The translations under genes were made by a program, and so were the position numbers. From IMG/VR virus record IMGVR_UViG_3300045988_078497, positions 1-59,644 of that record: DNA of 59,644 nt; one strand, 5' to 3'. The DNA is from a virus. Shown piece after piece: positions 14,931 to 26,098 of the stretch (its first letter is position 1; each line of letters opens with the position of its first letter). The notes below the pieces were generated by a model, which saw only the letters and a program-made list of their open reading frames with translations, made no database searches and was not told the DNA's origin.

Positions 14931-15911
14931 TTAGTCAATTTGAACTTTTCCATTTACGACCTTGCAGGTCGCATCTCCGGTGTAATTAAAATCAACAGCC
15001 CCGTTGAGCACAAGCCAGATTCCCTGGTCGTTCTGAACCAATCCAGTATAGCTAAAATCAACAGCTCCATTCTTCAGATAGAACCATCCATTCTCGTTCT
15101 TCGCCAGACCGTTAAAATCAAAATTTACTTTTCCGTTTTCGATTCTCCACCAGCCGTTTTCATTCTGAGAAATTCCGGTGTAGCTAAAATCAACAGCTCC
15201 ATTGGTTACCTTCCACCAGCCATACTCATTCTGAACTACGGTATTTGCCCCGAAATCAACCGCCCCGTTCCGGACATACCACCAGCCATTCACGTTTTGC
15301 GCAAGCCCGGTGTAGTCTGCCGCTACATGGTTGTTTCTGTAATAGTACCAGTTTCCGTCAGCTGCTGCCTGATTGGAAAGACCGTCCGGAATACTTGGTT
15401 GCGTCAGTCTGCCGTGAAACTCCTGCTCCCAGAGTGTATCATCCACCCAGTAGGCCGGGCATGGCTTTCCGTTGACGTCGTAGTGTCGGATTACACGATC
15501 AACCGTGACGTTGTATTTGCTCATCAGATCTTTTACGAGATCCAGAGCATTATTTATCGTTGCCGCTGTTGCTTTTACGACTCCGTTTTTGACTGTATCA
15601 CACAGCTCCACGTTCAGCGTGTTTGCATTTTTCGCAATACCATACAAACGTCCACCACCGTTGTTATATTTACGTCCGCCAACAGACCAAGCAATACGAT
15701 CATCGGGAACCGAATGCACTACAGTCGTATCATCGACAAAATAGTGCGCTGATGCCTTCCTGTTTTCACCTTGAAAATATTTACCGTTATTTTCTGCTGT
15801 ATCTCCATCATTACTGGTAAAATGCACTGTGATATATCCGATACTGCACAATGCTCTATACGATCCGTAGTTTGTTTTAGAAGCCCACATTTCCTTTAAT
15901 ACATAAGACAT
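14931..15911 (-). CDS. Endolysin: N-acetylmuramoyl-L-alanine amidase (Amidase_2/PGRP-like) + C-terminal cell-wall-binding repeats
   Basis: N-terminal YITVHFTSNDGDTAENN...SAHYFVDD..; C-terminal tandem GWWYVRNGAVDF-type repeats. Confidence 0.8.
   Translation of the reverse strand: MSYVLKEMWASKTNYGSYRALCSIGYITVHFTSNDGDTAENNGKYFQGENRKASAHYFVDDTTVVHSVPDDRIAWSVGGRKYNNGGGRLYGIAKNANTLNVELCDTVKNGVVKATAATINNALDLVKDLMSKYNVTVDRVIRHYDVNGKPCPAYWVDDTLWEQEFHGRLTQPSIPDGLSNQAAADGNWYYYRNNHVAADYTGLAQNVNGWWYVRNGAVDFGANTVVQNEYGWWKVTNGAVDFSYTGISQNENGWWRIENGKVNFDFNGLAKNENGWFYLKNGAVDFSYTGLVQNDQGIWLVLNGAVDFNYTGDATCKVVNGKVQID
14934..15353 (-). repeat. About six tandem ~21-aa (63-nt) coding repeats, CW_binding_1-like (NGWWxxxNGAVDFxYTG)
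   Basis: Repeats visible in translation: NGWWYVRNGAVDF / YGWWKVTNGAVDF / NGWWRIENGKVNF / NGWFYLKNGAVDF / QGIWLVLNGAVDF. Confidence 0.75.
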
Positions 15912-16001
15912 AGAATCACTCTCCTATATAAATAACGGGCAGTGGTACTGCCGTCCACCTCCTAAGCAAACGGCTCATTCCCACATAGATTTGCCCGTGT
16001 A

Positions 16002-19000
16002 TCAACCATTAAAAAAGTCAATATAACCATATACTCGAAAACCAGTACCAGTACATTCAAACAATTCAGTAACACCAAGAGCCGTTACTGTTCTGAACGA
16101 AACCGAACCGTCCATTGTTATTTCCATAAAACCAGGCCACCAAGTTCCCTCTGCTGCATTAAGAAGCATTACCCACTGGTATACGGTGTTCCCTTGCGGT
16201 GGATATGGACAGCTTTCAACAGCACCGACAAATTCTCCGTTCAATTTTATAAATGTTCTCTTGCCATACTTATACCATCCGTTGCTATTTTCCAAATCAA
16301 ATTCACCTTTTGGAAGATTCCGCATATGGACCTCAGCAGTATATGGATCTACAACAAGAGCTGCGGTAAGAGAATTATCCACTGTATCAACATTTTTCCA
16401 TTCATAGTTATCTTTTTGACGTTCATTTGCAATCATTACCTTTGATGAAACAATGCTATCTGCGGTAATTTTTCCACCAATATTAGCATTTCCACCGTTT
16501 TGAACCGTCAATTCGTTACATGAAACTTCTCCAGCGTTATCAACGGAAAAGTATGTGTCATAACCAGAGCCAGAAATGAATTCTTTGATTTCTATGAGGT
16601 TTAAATTATCATCACTTTCTCCAATATAAAGTTCACCTCTTGTGCCGTTAAACGTATAAAGTTGATTACCAGAAATATGAAATCCTGCAACTTGGCTTTC
16701 TCCGGTAATTGACATATTTGTTGCAAATATTTTATGTGCAAACAACTCTTCTGTATCTATCTCCTGCGATGTTACAGATTTTGCATATATCTTTCCACCA
16801 TCAATATATGTCAAATCATTGTTTTTGCACCATTGCAAGATAGTTTCATCTGCGGTAGCTCCCATTTTTTGAAATTTACCTCCAAGATTACGGTATATCG
16901 GATGTTCCGCTTGCAGCATAATCGTATCGGAAGCATAAGCTATTCCAATGAGCATGTAATAATAACCGTCCATTGTTGTCGGAACGGTTTGTACAAGCGG
17001 TTTCTTTGAAACTGGTTTGAATCTGCTGCCATCCAGAACACCTTGTAAATATACCGCCATGTACGGCGATAATGTAACTTCCTGTGTGGCGTTTACATTA
17101 AAAGCTATCACGGTATAGTTATCTGTTCCTGTGGCATATTTTTCTATTGCAGAATTTGCGAACAGAACCGGATAGGATATATCAAAGTCGGTTCCGTCAT
17201 TTAACGGATGATATCCGCTTGAATTTCCAACAATCAGAGTTCCTGCTGATATAGCACTGCTTGCCTTTATCTCAGCTGCATACTTTGTTTTGTCGAAAGT
17301 ATCACCCGTATCATAGTTTGCATCGCACCACCAACCGGTGTATTTTCTGCCTGCAATGTCCACTCCATCTCTATATACCATTCTAATGATAGAACCAGCC
17401 GGATATTGCGTAGACAGCGGTGTTGTGCCGCCATAATATATGCTCACAAGCCCTGTCATTCCACCATTTGCCAAACTAAGGTTAAGAGATGCTTCACCAA
17501 TTCCGGAAAACGGTAGCCAGTATGTAATCTTTTGACCATCTTTCAGTGATGAAAATGGTGCATTTCCTCGCCACTGGCTTGTATTATGTGTTTGTGTTCC
17601 GGTGATGAACGGGTCGCTGTTCTCTGCTTTTTCTATTGCGTCTGCCGCATTTTCGTTGGCTGTATTGATTCCTTTTGCAAGTGTAGGCTCCGTATCTATG
17701 GTAGAATCGTCATCCAAAACGATGTGCGTTCTCGTCCAGATGTATTTTCCAGAAACCCAGTCAGGATATATAGAATCCCACTCGCCGCCAGATAAGGAAT
17801 ATGAAGAATCAGACAGGTAATACTGTTCCGTTACGCTCTTTGTACCTCTTCCGGTGTTACCGTAAATTCCGATAATTCTAGGTGCTGTAATGTTTACAGT
17901 GCTGTTTGAGTAAGATACAATATCATAATTCCACAGATATCTTTTTTTTGCCGTAGGATACTGGATTTTTAAGAGAAACCCAGATGTATGATTTGTTATT
18001 CCAGACGTTTTATCTGTAACCAGATAATAAGATGTAATTTCGTTAATGGGAACACCTTGATATCCGATAGTTTTCTTTGCCGTGTTTACAATCAATCCAT
18101 CTGTATATACAGCATTTTCATATACCCAAAGATACTTTTTATCTTCTGTTGGCATCGGCTTTGTGGTTGTGAACTCCGAATCTTCCGGTGGAACCGACAT
18201 AGAATCAGATACAGCAAAATATTTCGTTATTGTTTTTATGCCATTTTCACTCGAACCGTATATGCAAACAGGATCGCTTTCAGATGTAGTACCGTTCCCG
18301 TAAGATAACCTTGTTTTTTGCCACATATACTTTCCGACTTCCCATGTTGGAGGATTAGTCTGCCAACCATCAGTAGGAGCTACTGTGTTTGAATCAGAAA
18401 GCGCATAGAAAATGTCAGAACCAATCACGCTTGATCCTTTTACATCGACTATAGTATTATTTACTTTCTCAACATTTCCTTCAATATCTTCTATAGCTTT
18501 TTCCACAGAATTTCCTTTTATCTTTACGGCTGCGCCAGAAACCGTGACATCTTTCGTATCAACATCAACAGAAAAAATAATATTTCCGTCATCATCTTCT
18601 ACCGTGAGACTTCCGGTATTAATCCACGATGCATTGACACCGATTGCGTTTAAAATTCTGGCAATTACATCTCCGTTTACCATGATTCCGGAAGTCCAAA
18701 CAAAATTGCCGTCACTGTCTTTGCTCGTAGATGCTGCAATCGCTTCTGCGGTCATTTTCCAAGCCATGCTTGATTCTTTTAACGTTGGCTTATCATGGAT
18801 ATAAAAAATCTTTCCGCCGGCAGGATCAGTTTCTTCAGTAGAATAGAAGCCGACCACATCCTCGACACGCTTGTTTAATGCTTCAATTGCGGATTTACGA
18901 TCATTTTTTTCTTTTTCCACCAAATCTTTTGCTTTCGCATAATTTCTTGTGCCGTTTGAATACTTCTGCGAATTATTTCTTATAGGTGCTTCCGCACTTG

Positions 19001-20045
19001 ATCTAGTGGTCTGTGAACCATTAAGGGTATATGTTGTGCCAGAAACAATCATTTTGTAATGCCGGTTTTTTTCATCAGTAAAAACAACAATGTCTCCTGC
19101 TTCAATCGTAGGGTCCCCAATGTGTGTAATTTGACCGCTTCTGAATTTGAAACCAATAAATTCATCAGAAAGTCTTTCCACCACTTCTGCACCTATTCCG
19201 CTTACTATCAGATCGTTTTCCTCAATGGACACAACATAATCATCCGTTCCGGCAAAATATTCTTTCGGATCTGAATTGCTGTCTGAATTTTCTACAACCT
19301 TAAACCCGGTAATTTTAATGTCGTTTGTTGATAATTCTTTTGAGAATGAGTTGTTGATAGAATGGTATTTTCCTTGATTATCTTCTGGATTATCAAGCGT
19401 AGCCCTGTCAAACCATTTAATTTCCAGTTCGCCGTAGTTGTTGAATCTTGCAAAGCATCCACATAACTGGCATATCCACATAAGGGCTGTTCTACATGTA
19501 AGTCCATCTGACATAGGTTTTACATTTACCATAACTTCGCTGTGTGGAAAAGTAATTGTAGACAGCTTTACTCCGCAGTAGCTGCAAATTTCCGAAGCAA
19601 TGCTTTCTAATTTAGCCGGATATAACAGTTTTGAATCATATGCAACATCTAAAAGATACATGTTGTCGTAACAAGTCAAAGTGATAAGTGATCCGTTATA
19701 TTTTGTATCGGATACGGTAAACATGCCTTTACGCATTTTTTCCACGGTTCCATCATCTAACGCAAGGCCTACGATGGCATCCAGTTTTGCACCGTAAAAA
19801 TCATAATCTGAATATTCTTCATAAATATTATTCAAAATAACGGTGCATTGATTGATGATTGCACCGCCAATTTGGAAAGTGGAATCTTCCGAAACTGCGT
19901 CTTCAATTGTGAATCCACCAGACCACAAACAAGAGTTCGCAATCGGAATTTCTGTTCCGTCCGTAAGAGTAAGCGTTGAATAAACTCCAAAATTTCTGTT
20001 TCCATTTTTTATATTTTTTTTGTATTTATCAGATACAGTAATCAT
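16002..20045 (-). CDS. Tail-associated lysin/host-specificity protein (Tal-like, prophage tail endopeptidase N-terminus, 1347 aa)
   Basis: Position after Dit; size; N-terminal region typical of siphophage Tal; internal ~60-aa YxW repeats. Confidence 0.7.
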   Translation of the reverse strand: MITVSDKYKKNIKNGNRNFGVYSTLTLTDGTEIPIANSCLWSGGFTIEDAVSEDSTFQIGGAIINQCTVILNNIYEEYSDYDFYGAKLDAIVGLALDDGTVEKMRKGMFTVSDTKYNGSLITLTCYDNMYLLDVAYDSKLLYPAKLESIASEICSYCGVKLSTITFPHSEVMVNVKPMSDGLTCRTALMWICQLCGCFARFNNYGELEIKWFDRATLDNPEDNQGKYHSINNSFSKELSTNDIKITGFKVVENSDSNSDPKEYFAGTDDYVVSIEENDLIVSGIGAEVVERLSDEFIGFKFRSGQITHIGDPTIEAGDIVVFTDEKNRHYKMIVSGTTYTLNGSQTTRSSAEAPIRNNSQKYSNGTRNYAKAKDLVEKEKNDRKSAIEALNKRVEDVVGFYSTEETDPAGGKIFYIHDKPTLKESSMAWKMTAEAIAASTSKDSDGNFVWTSGIMVNGDVIARILNAIGVNASWINTGSLTVEDDDGNIIFSVDVDTKDVTVSGAAVKIKGNSVEKAIEDIEGNVEKVNNTIVDVKGSSVIGSDIFYALSDSNTVAPTDGWQTNPPTWEVGKYMWQKTRLSYGNGTTSESDPVCIYGSSENGIKTITKYFAVSDSMSVPPEDSEFTTTKPMPTEDKKYLWVYENAVYTDGLIVNTAKKTIGYQGVPINEITSYYLVTDKTSGITNHTSGFLLKIQYPTAKKRYLWNYDIVSYSNSTVNITAPRIIGIYGNTGRGTKSVTEQYYLSDSSYSLSGGEWDSIYPDWVSGKYIWTRTHIVLDDDSTIDTEPTLAKGINTANENAADAIEKAENSDPFITGTQTHNTSQWRGNAPFSSLKDGQKITYWLPFSGIGEASLNLSLANGGMTGLVSIYYGGTTPLSTQYPAGSIIRMVYRDGVDIAGRKYTGWWCDANYDTGDTFDKTKYAAEIKASSAISAGTLIVGNSSGYHPLNDGTDFDISYPVLFANSAIEKYATGTDNYTVIAFNVNATQEVTLSPYMAVYLQGVLDGSRFKPVSKKPLVQTVPTTMDGYYYMLIGIAYASDTIMLQAEHPIYRNLGGKFQKMGATADETILQWCKNNDLTYIDGGKIYAKSVTSQEIDTEELFAHKIFATNMSITGESQVAGFHISGNQLYTFNGTRGELYIGESDDNLNLIEIKEFISGSGYDTYFSVDNAGEVSCNELTVQNGGNANIGGKITADSIVSSKVMIANERQKDNYEWKNVDTVDNSLTAALVVDPYTAEVHMRNLPKGEFDLENSNGWYKYGKRTFIKLNGEFVGAVESCPYPPQGNTVYQWVMLLNAAEGTWWPGFMEITMDGSVSFRTVTALGVTELFECTGTGFRVYGYIDFFNG

Positions 20046-20047
20046 AC

Positions 20048-20851
20048 TTACCTCTCAATTATATCAAAACTCACCGACTCCATGAGTTTCTTTCCGACCC
20101 ACCACAATTTAGTAGGTGTTTTTTTGTCGCCGGTGTAATATTCTCGTACTTCATAATCACCAGAAAGCATGTCTGGGTAATATACAAAAATGTATTGCGG
20201 ATTAAACTTCTGCATTAAGAACGTTGTGTCTTTCCATCCTCTAGCCGACCATTGCACCGATAATGTACGCTTCTGACCGACACGGTTTTTCTGCATCCTT
20301 GTATCTTCTGTACGTCCGCTTTCAGATGCCGAAACGTCTTGTAATCCATATTCCAAAGATGCGGGGCACGGAATGATAAAATCATCAACCATTAGTATTA
20401 CTTCATGTCCGCTAATTCCATACGTTTCGTATATATGCGGAGAAACAACGTAGTTATCACCGTTTTCTTTTTTGAACACTTGATATCTCCAAAGATATTG
20501 CCTATATGCATTTATCGTTGGAATTTCTTTAGTCCAACCAGAAGTGTTTGTGGTAATGCCACTGGAATAGCCAGAAGAAAGGTAATACGTCGTTAAATTT
20601 CCCAAAACGCCATTTTCTTTTACATTCCATATAATTGTAGGTCGTGTCTTTTCTGATGTACCATCAGCGTATACAATGCGTTTGTAATTCCACAAATAGC
20701 AGTTTGCATAACTTGTAGGTACAAAACTACTCGACCATCCACCTGTATCATAATCAACGATTTCCGAACCGGTTGCCAGATAAAATTCTGTGATAGAAAG
20801 TATCGTATCTACTGTCGGTTTTTGATTAATGCTTGTATAATATCTTGACAT
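20048..20851 (-). CDS. Distal tail protein (Dit-like) with two N-terminal YLW repeat modules
   Basis: Position between TMP and Tal; C-terminal half SVQWSARGWKDTTFLMQKFNPQYIFVYYPD... Confidence 0.6.
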   Translation of the reverse strand: MSRYYTSINQKPTVDTILSITEFYLATGSEIVDYDTGGWSSSFVPTSYANCYLWNYKRIVYADGTSEKTRPTIIWNVKENGVLGNLTTYYLSSGYSSGITTNTSGWTKEIPTINAYRQYLWRYQVFKKENGDNYVVSPHIYETYGISGHEVILMVDDFIIPCPASLEYGLQDVSASESGRTEDTRMQKNRVGQKRTLSVQWSARGWKDTTFLMQKFNPQYIFVYYPDMLSGDYEVREYYTGDKKTPTKLWWVGKKLMESVSFDIIER

Positions 20852-20886
20852 TTCAACCTCTAAAAAAGAGAGCGCATTGCGCTCTC

Positions 20887-23800
20887 TTAATATGACGGTA
20901 CAGGCTTCATCCTGTACTCAATTTTCTGTTGTCCTCTTGATACAGCTCTTGCAAGGGCTTCATCTGTCGTTTTGAACTCCGCAACACACTGAACATTAAC
21001 GTCTTGCCGGTTATTCATAAGTGCCATAGCAACACCACGCTCAACAGCATCTTGCATTTGCTCTTCGGAAATACCCATTCCGCTAGAGTTCTTCATAATA
21101 CTGTCAGCAATCATGCTCATGGTCTTTCTATTTTCCAACGGCAATACTGCTTCATCTCCTGCTTCACCGACACCAATCATAGACGCTTTAGTGAAATATC
21201 CACCAGTTTTATACCAGTTGATATTGAATTTTGGTATAGAGAATTTTGCATCTCCTATGCCAATATCGGTTTTTGTCCACTCAATGTGCGGTAGCTTGAT
21301 TTTTACAGATGTCAGACCGTTTACAAATCCTTGGATTGCTTCCTTGCCGATCGCGGATAAGTTACCCATTCCAGATCTGATTTTTCCAGGAATACCACTA
21401 ATCAAATCATAAAACGTATGGATACCATTGTTGAATCCATTCTTTAATCCGGAAACGATGTCGGCACCTTTAGGTGATACTACATTTAGAATGTTTCCGA
21501 TTTTGTCAAATGTCTGCTTTCCGATTTTTGAAACCGTGTTCAAGAATCCATTTTCTTTCACAGATTCCCAACCGGCTCTTAATCCGCTGATTGCATCTGA
21601 ACCTTTTGATTTAATCCACTGTGTAGCATTTCCAGCTTTGTCCTTTACATAAGAGCCAATTTTCTGCGCCGCCTGACCTACTTTGCTTTCTTTTACGGAA
21701 TCCCAACCAGTACGCAGTCCCTCAAGCGCGTTTTTTCCTTTGTCAGACAGCCACGTTTTGGCATTGCCAAGTTTGTCCTTGATATTCTGCGGAAGATTCG
21801 AAAACCAAGAAAGTACAATTTGAGCATTTGTGGTTAATCCATTAAGGAAACCACTCATAGTAAATCCACCGATTTCGGCAAAAACCGTAGATGGCGAATG
21901 TATTCCAAGAAATGTTTTTACAGCATCGACAAACTTACCAAAAGGACCTTTTGCTTCGTTTTCTAAATCTGCGTCTTTGCTGTGTATTCCGTTGATATAT
22001 CCATCGATAGTATCTTTTCCGGCATCTCCGGCAACGGCAGCCGTATTTTCACCGATTTTTTGAAAAACATCTTCATAGTTACTTGCAACGTCAGTATAAA
22101 CCTGAACTCTACCTGTGGTTGATGCTGTTGAAGTAGTTTTGAACAAAGCATCTATGATATTTTCCGCTGCACTGCTGGCATAGCCCTCTCCATCAATTCC
22201 AAGCTGTGTAAAGTTGTCATTAATGGCTTTGTTTAAAGGGTCTATTGTATTTTTCTTGTAATCCGAAACAACAGTTCTCATATAAGTTCCTTTACTCCAC
22301 TTATAATGAGCTTTTTCCATCGGGTCAAGATCTTCCCAGTCATCACCGGCTTTTTTCATAATACTGCCAATGTTGTTGATATAATCAGTTTGAAGTTTAT
22401 CCGCAACTTCCTTTGCTTTTGATGTGGTTTGCTCTTTTACATAATCCATCGCACCCGGAAGTCCGTCCATTATGGCTTGATATGTGTGAGTATCACCGGC
22501 TTCTTTTGCAGAATTGGCTAAGTCGATTAACGCCTGTTCTGTTTTGTCTTGCGCATCTTGTACGCTTCCGACAAGTGAGCTGAGATCGTCATTAATTGCA
22601 TCCACGTTCAGACCATCTTCATTGATGTATGCTGACCAGTCCAGATTATGCGTATTTACATAACTCTCAAAGTTATCCATTGCCTTTGTTGCATCATCAG
22701 AAACGCCCATTAGGTTAAACAGCTCTGACTGTAACTCTACAATCTGCGGATTCGTCGGGTCTGTACTGGAAAGTTCTTTCAACTTTGTAATCAAATCTTG
22801 GATTTTATTTAATGTTTCAGAAGAATATCCTGTCACATCTTCTTTCAACTTTTTAACATTGGTTCCGGCAGATTCATATGCTTTAGAAGCAACACTGCCA
22901 TCCGAAAACGTAGCATATACAAGTGTTTGATATGCTTCAAAACTTGTTTGAGCTGCTTGATAAAGGCTATCAAACTGCTTACTGAGTTTTTGCACTCCAT
23001 CTTCTGTTGACAACACACCGATATGCATTGCTGACTGGATTTTTTCGATTTCAAGCACAACGCTTTGTACGCTTTTCTTGCTTTCTTCAAAATCTCTTAT
23101 CTTGTCAGATACGTTGTCAAAACTGTCTCCGACTGCATTTATCGCATCTTTTGCTGTGCTAAACAGCTTTTCAACCGGAACACCGCCTGGAGTTAAGAAA
23201 GATGCGTTTATGTATTCTCCAACACGTTTTCCAAGCAGTTCGTCAAATGCTTTATTTACACCAACGATTGCAGATACTAACGCAGTCATTCCAACTATTG
23301 CCGCAGTCCACGGATTTGACAATCCAATAAGTTTTAATGATGCAACTGCCACAGCTGCGCCACCTGCGATTTTTGCAAGTGCACCAACAACGTTGTCGGC
23401 ACCTCTTGCAAGATCGTAAAAACCGCTGGAACTCAGAGCAAACTGAGCAAATACAGAAGTTACACCAATAGCTCCCTTTTGGAGATTTGTCATGTTATTT
23501 CTAAGTGTTTTTACTCCCTCAGAAACTGCATTGAAAAAGTTTCCGTTATCAAGAGTAGCCCTAAAGTTTTTAAAGGACTTTGATACAACATCGACTCCAT
23601 TTCCCAGTTTTGGATATGATGCGCTCAACTTTGAAGTATACTTTTCGTTACCGCTAAGCGAACCAATAACCATTGTGGATGTCGTAAAGACTTTTTTGAA
23701 TGATTTTGACAATTCAACTATGCCTTTTACGATTTTTATTGATGCTATTGCTTTCAAAAGTTTTGGCATCAGAATAAAGGAAGCAAGTGTTGTCTCTATC

Positions 23801-26046
23801 GGTGCCTGGCTAAAAGAGGCCGCAAACACCTTTACCCCTGCGTTAATTGCTTTCCATAAGGCTTTTCCGACTTTATATCCAATATCAATAAAATCAATAT
23901 CAGCAAGGAATTTTCCTATTTTCGTGCCAATCATAGTCCAGTTTGTCCTATCAAGCATGGTTATAACCGTGTTAAGGACACCTTTACACCACACATTTAT
24001 AGTACGCGCCAAACTATTGAAATCAAATGTACTGAAAAATTTATTTACGCTCTCTGCGATAGACGTCCCAAGGTTTTTCCAATCGAAACGTATTCCAAAG
24101 GACAGTGCGCCGTAAATAACAGTGTTAAGTGCACTTGCAATGGTTGTTCCTACATCTCCGAACAGTCTTGGAGAAATAAGTCCATTAAGGAAATCTGCAA
24201 GCCCTCTTCCGAAATTCCTCGCTTTCTCATAGATTTTGTTCCAATCTATGTTCTCTAATACATTGGAAAGCGTATCTCCTATGTATTTTCCAAGCCCGTA
24301 TAACGTGTCTATTCCGCTTTCAAACATCGTAGAAACACGTTTCCATGCGCCTTGATTTCCACCAGATCCACCAGAACCACTGCCGCCACTTCCAGAACCT
24401 TTTCCACCGGAACCGCCACTGCCGCCACTTCCAGAACCAGAACTATCGCTGTTATCAGACAGCTTATTTAACTGGTCAAATGGTAAGGTAGACAGCGTCT
24501 TTTTCAGCTGTTTTGCCGACTTATTTGCTTTGTCTGTATTTTTTGATGCATCACCTGTACTATCTGCCAAATCACCAGCACTGTCAGAAGCATTGCCAAG
24601 GTCTACTGCTATTCCGGCAGAACCAGATTCATACTCCCAACCAAAGATTTTTCCAAGAGCAGCTGATACTTTCTCTGCAAACTGCGTAACAGCCAAAAGA
24701 GCCGCATTTAACGCTTTAACCATTGGTTTCAATGCATTGATAATCGGCTGACCGATAACTGCACCAAGACGTTTGAAATTCTCTTGTAACATTCGTACTT
24801 GGTTCGCCCATGTATCGGCTGTTCTGGCGAAGTCCCCCTGTGCGGCTGTTGTGTTAGCCATAACGTACTGATATCTCAGCATCGTTTTTTCTGCCTGTGA
24901 CATAGATTTTATGTCTGCATCCATGCCGTTCTTCATCGCCCACTCTTTAAGTGTTGCTTGTGTCAAATCAAGACCATACTGTCTAAGTGGTACAACCATT
25001 CCAGTAAATATAGAACGTAAGTCCTCTGCTACTTCTGCTTGGTCTTTATTGTAAAAAGATGCCATATCGCCGGCTAATTTCGTAAGGTTCAAAGATACAT
25101 CAGCAAGACTATCAGATGCACCAACATAACCGTCTGTTGTTTTCTGCAAAAAGTCATTTGCTTTTGCTATCTGACTTGTGCCGATACCCATTGCAGAACC
25201 CATTGCCTGGAACTGTGAAGCATATGTCTTGAACGATAATTCAGACATTCCAAGTGTTTCGATACTCTTTTTTGCGTATTCCTCAACCTTGCCTGTCATT
25301 GCACCGAATGTTGTGTCTACGACGTTCTGTACCTCTGTCAGATCAGATGCAAGGTTTACAGCATCTTTTAACTTCCCGGCAGCACGAATAAGCATCCAAT
25401 ACGAAGCGTATAGCTTTCCGATAGCCGCAGCTAAACTAAACGTACTCAGCTTGGAACCTTTTGCCGAACCGGAATAGCTGATTAAGCTACTCTTCAATGA
25501 GTTAGCTGCTTTTCCGGCAGACGAACCGGTTCGTGACAGCTTTGCCAATGCATTAGTCATGTCTATAAGATTCTGGCTAACTATCGGTGCTTTAGACAAC
25601 TCTGTCATTAATTGCTTCATTGCCGTTGCAAGTTTCGGTATGTTTTGAATTGCTTGCGTAGACGACTTATAGCCAAGCTGTGCAATTCCTTTTGCCAAAT
25701 CTGCCAAATTTCTTGACGCTGCACTCATTCCGGATAATCCGTTTAAAGACTTGCCGATCTGGCCAAGAGAAGATGCGGCACGGTTAAGACTTGCCGTATC
25801 AATGGAAGCCATTTTTTCAATACCTTTAGCCGCTCTTGTAAAATCGGAAGTTCCGACAGATTTCATATTTGTCATAGCCGAAGCCAACCGGTTTACACCG
25901 TTAGCCATGCCAGTTATTGAGCCAGTATTTACAGCACCAAGTGATGCAGATAACCGTCCTAACTTATTGCACAAATTATCAATGGCATTGCTCGCTGTCT
26001 TTGCTTGCGCCCCTATTTTAATTTCAAGATTATCAATATTCGCCAA
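20887..26046 (-). CDS. Tape measure protein (1719 aa)
   Basis: Length, helical/Ala-rich composition, TM-like stretches, G/S-rich insert, position after the chaperone pair. Confidence 0.9.
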   Translation of the reverse strand: MANIDNLEIKIGAQAKTASNAIDNLCNKLGRLSASLGAVNTGSITGMANGVNRLASAMTNMKSVGTSDFTRAAKGIEKMASIDTASLNRAASSLGQIGKSLNGLSGMSAASRNLADLAKGIAQLGYKSSTQAIQNIPKLATAMKQLMTELSKAPIVSQNLIDMTNALAKLSRTGSSAGKAANSLKSSLISYSGSAKGSKLSTFSLAAAIGKLYASYWMLIRAAGKLKDAVNLASDLTEVQNVVDTTFGAMTGKVEEYAKKSIETLGMSELSFKTYASQFQAMGSAMGIGTSQIAKANDFLQKTTDGYVGASDSLADVSLNLTKLAGDMASFYNKDQAEVAEDLRSIFTGMVVPLRQYGLDLTQATLKEWAMKNGMDADIKSMSQAEKTMLRYQYVMANTTAAQGDFARTADTWANQVRMLQENFKRLGAVIGQPIINALKPMVKALNAALLAVTQFAEKVSAALGKIFGWEYESGSAGIAVDLGNASDSAGDLADSTGDASKNTDKANKSAKQLKKTLSTLPFDQLNKLSDNSDSSGSGSGGSGGSGGKGSGSGGSGSGGSGGNQGAWKRVSTMFESGIDTLYGLGKYIGDTLSNVLENIDWNKIYEKARNFGRGLADFLNGLISPRLFGDVGTTIASALNTVIYGALSFGIRFDWKNLGTSIAESVNKFFSTFDFNSLARTINVWCKGVLNTVITMLDRTNWTMIGTKIGKFLADIDFIDIGYKVGKALWKAINAGVKVFAASFSQAPIETTLASFILMPKLLKAIASIKIVKGIVELSKSFKKVFTTSTMVIGSLSGNEKYTSKLSASYPKLGNGVDVVSKSFKNFRATLDNGNFFNAVSEGVKTLRNNMTNLQKGAIGVTSVFAQFALSSSGFYDLARGADNVVGALAKIAGGAAVAVASLKLIGLSNPWTAAIVGMTALVSAIVGVNKAFDELLGKRVGEYINASFLTPGGVPVEKLFSTAKDAINAVGDSFDNVSDKIRDFEESKKSVQSVVLEIEKIQSAMHIGVLSTEDGVQKLSKQFDSLYQAAQTSFEAYQTLVYATFSDGSVASKAYESAGTNVKKLKEDVTGYSSETLNKIQDLITKLKELSSTDPTNPQIVELQSELFNLMGVSDDATKAMDNFESYVNTHNLDWSAYINEDGLNVDAINDDLSSLVGSVQDAQDKTEQALIDLANSAKEAGDTHTYQAIMDGLPGAMDYVKEQTTSKAKEVADKLQTDYINNIGSIMKKAGDDWEDLDPMEKAHYKWSKGTYMRTVVSDYKKNTIDPLNKAINDNFTQLGIDGEGYASSAAENIIDALFKTTSTASTTGRVQVYTDVASNYEDVFQKIGENTAAVAGDAGKDTIDGYINGIHSKDADLENEAKGPFGKFVDAVKTFLGIHSPSTVFAEIGGFTMSGFLNGLTTNAQIVLSWFSNLPQNIKDKLGNAKTWLSDKGKNALEGLRTGWDSVKESKVGQAAQKIGSYVKDKAGNATQWIKSKGSDAISGLRAGWESVKENGFLNTVSKIGKQTFDKIGNILNVVSPKGADIVSGLKNGFNNGIHTFYDLISGIPGKIRSGMGNLSAIGKEAIQGFVNGLTSVKIKLPHIEWTKTDIGIGDAKFSIPKFNINWYKTGGYFTKASMIGVGEAGDEAVLPLENRKTMSMIADSIMKNSSGMGISEEQMQDAVERGVAMALMNNRQDVNVQCVAEFKTTDEALARAVSRGQQKIEYRMKPVPSY

Positions 26047-26098
26047 TCATTTCACCAACTTTCGTATAAAAAAAGACGGCAACCATAATAGTTACCGT

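Noticed and set aside
14883-15752. 289-aa plus-strand ORF antisense to the endolysin; similar long antisense or alt-frame ORFs at 23492-24115, 28027-28395, 37671-38288, 3740-4318 and 33742-34083
   Set aside because: Each lies wholly inside a longer ORF with a recognisable family. Their translations are low-complexity or Cys/Phe/Ser-rich, as is typical of antisense frames, and none has an RBS.
24355-24440. Tandem GGAACCGCCACT/GGAACCAGA-type nucleotide repeats
   Set aside because: They encode the SGSGSGGSGGSGGKGSGSGGSGSGGSGG linker inside the tape measure ORF. This is a low-complexity coding repeat, not a separate element.
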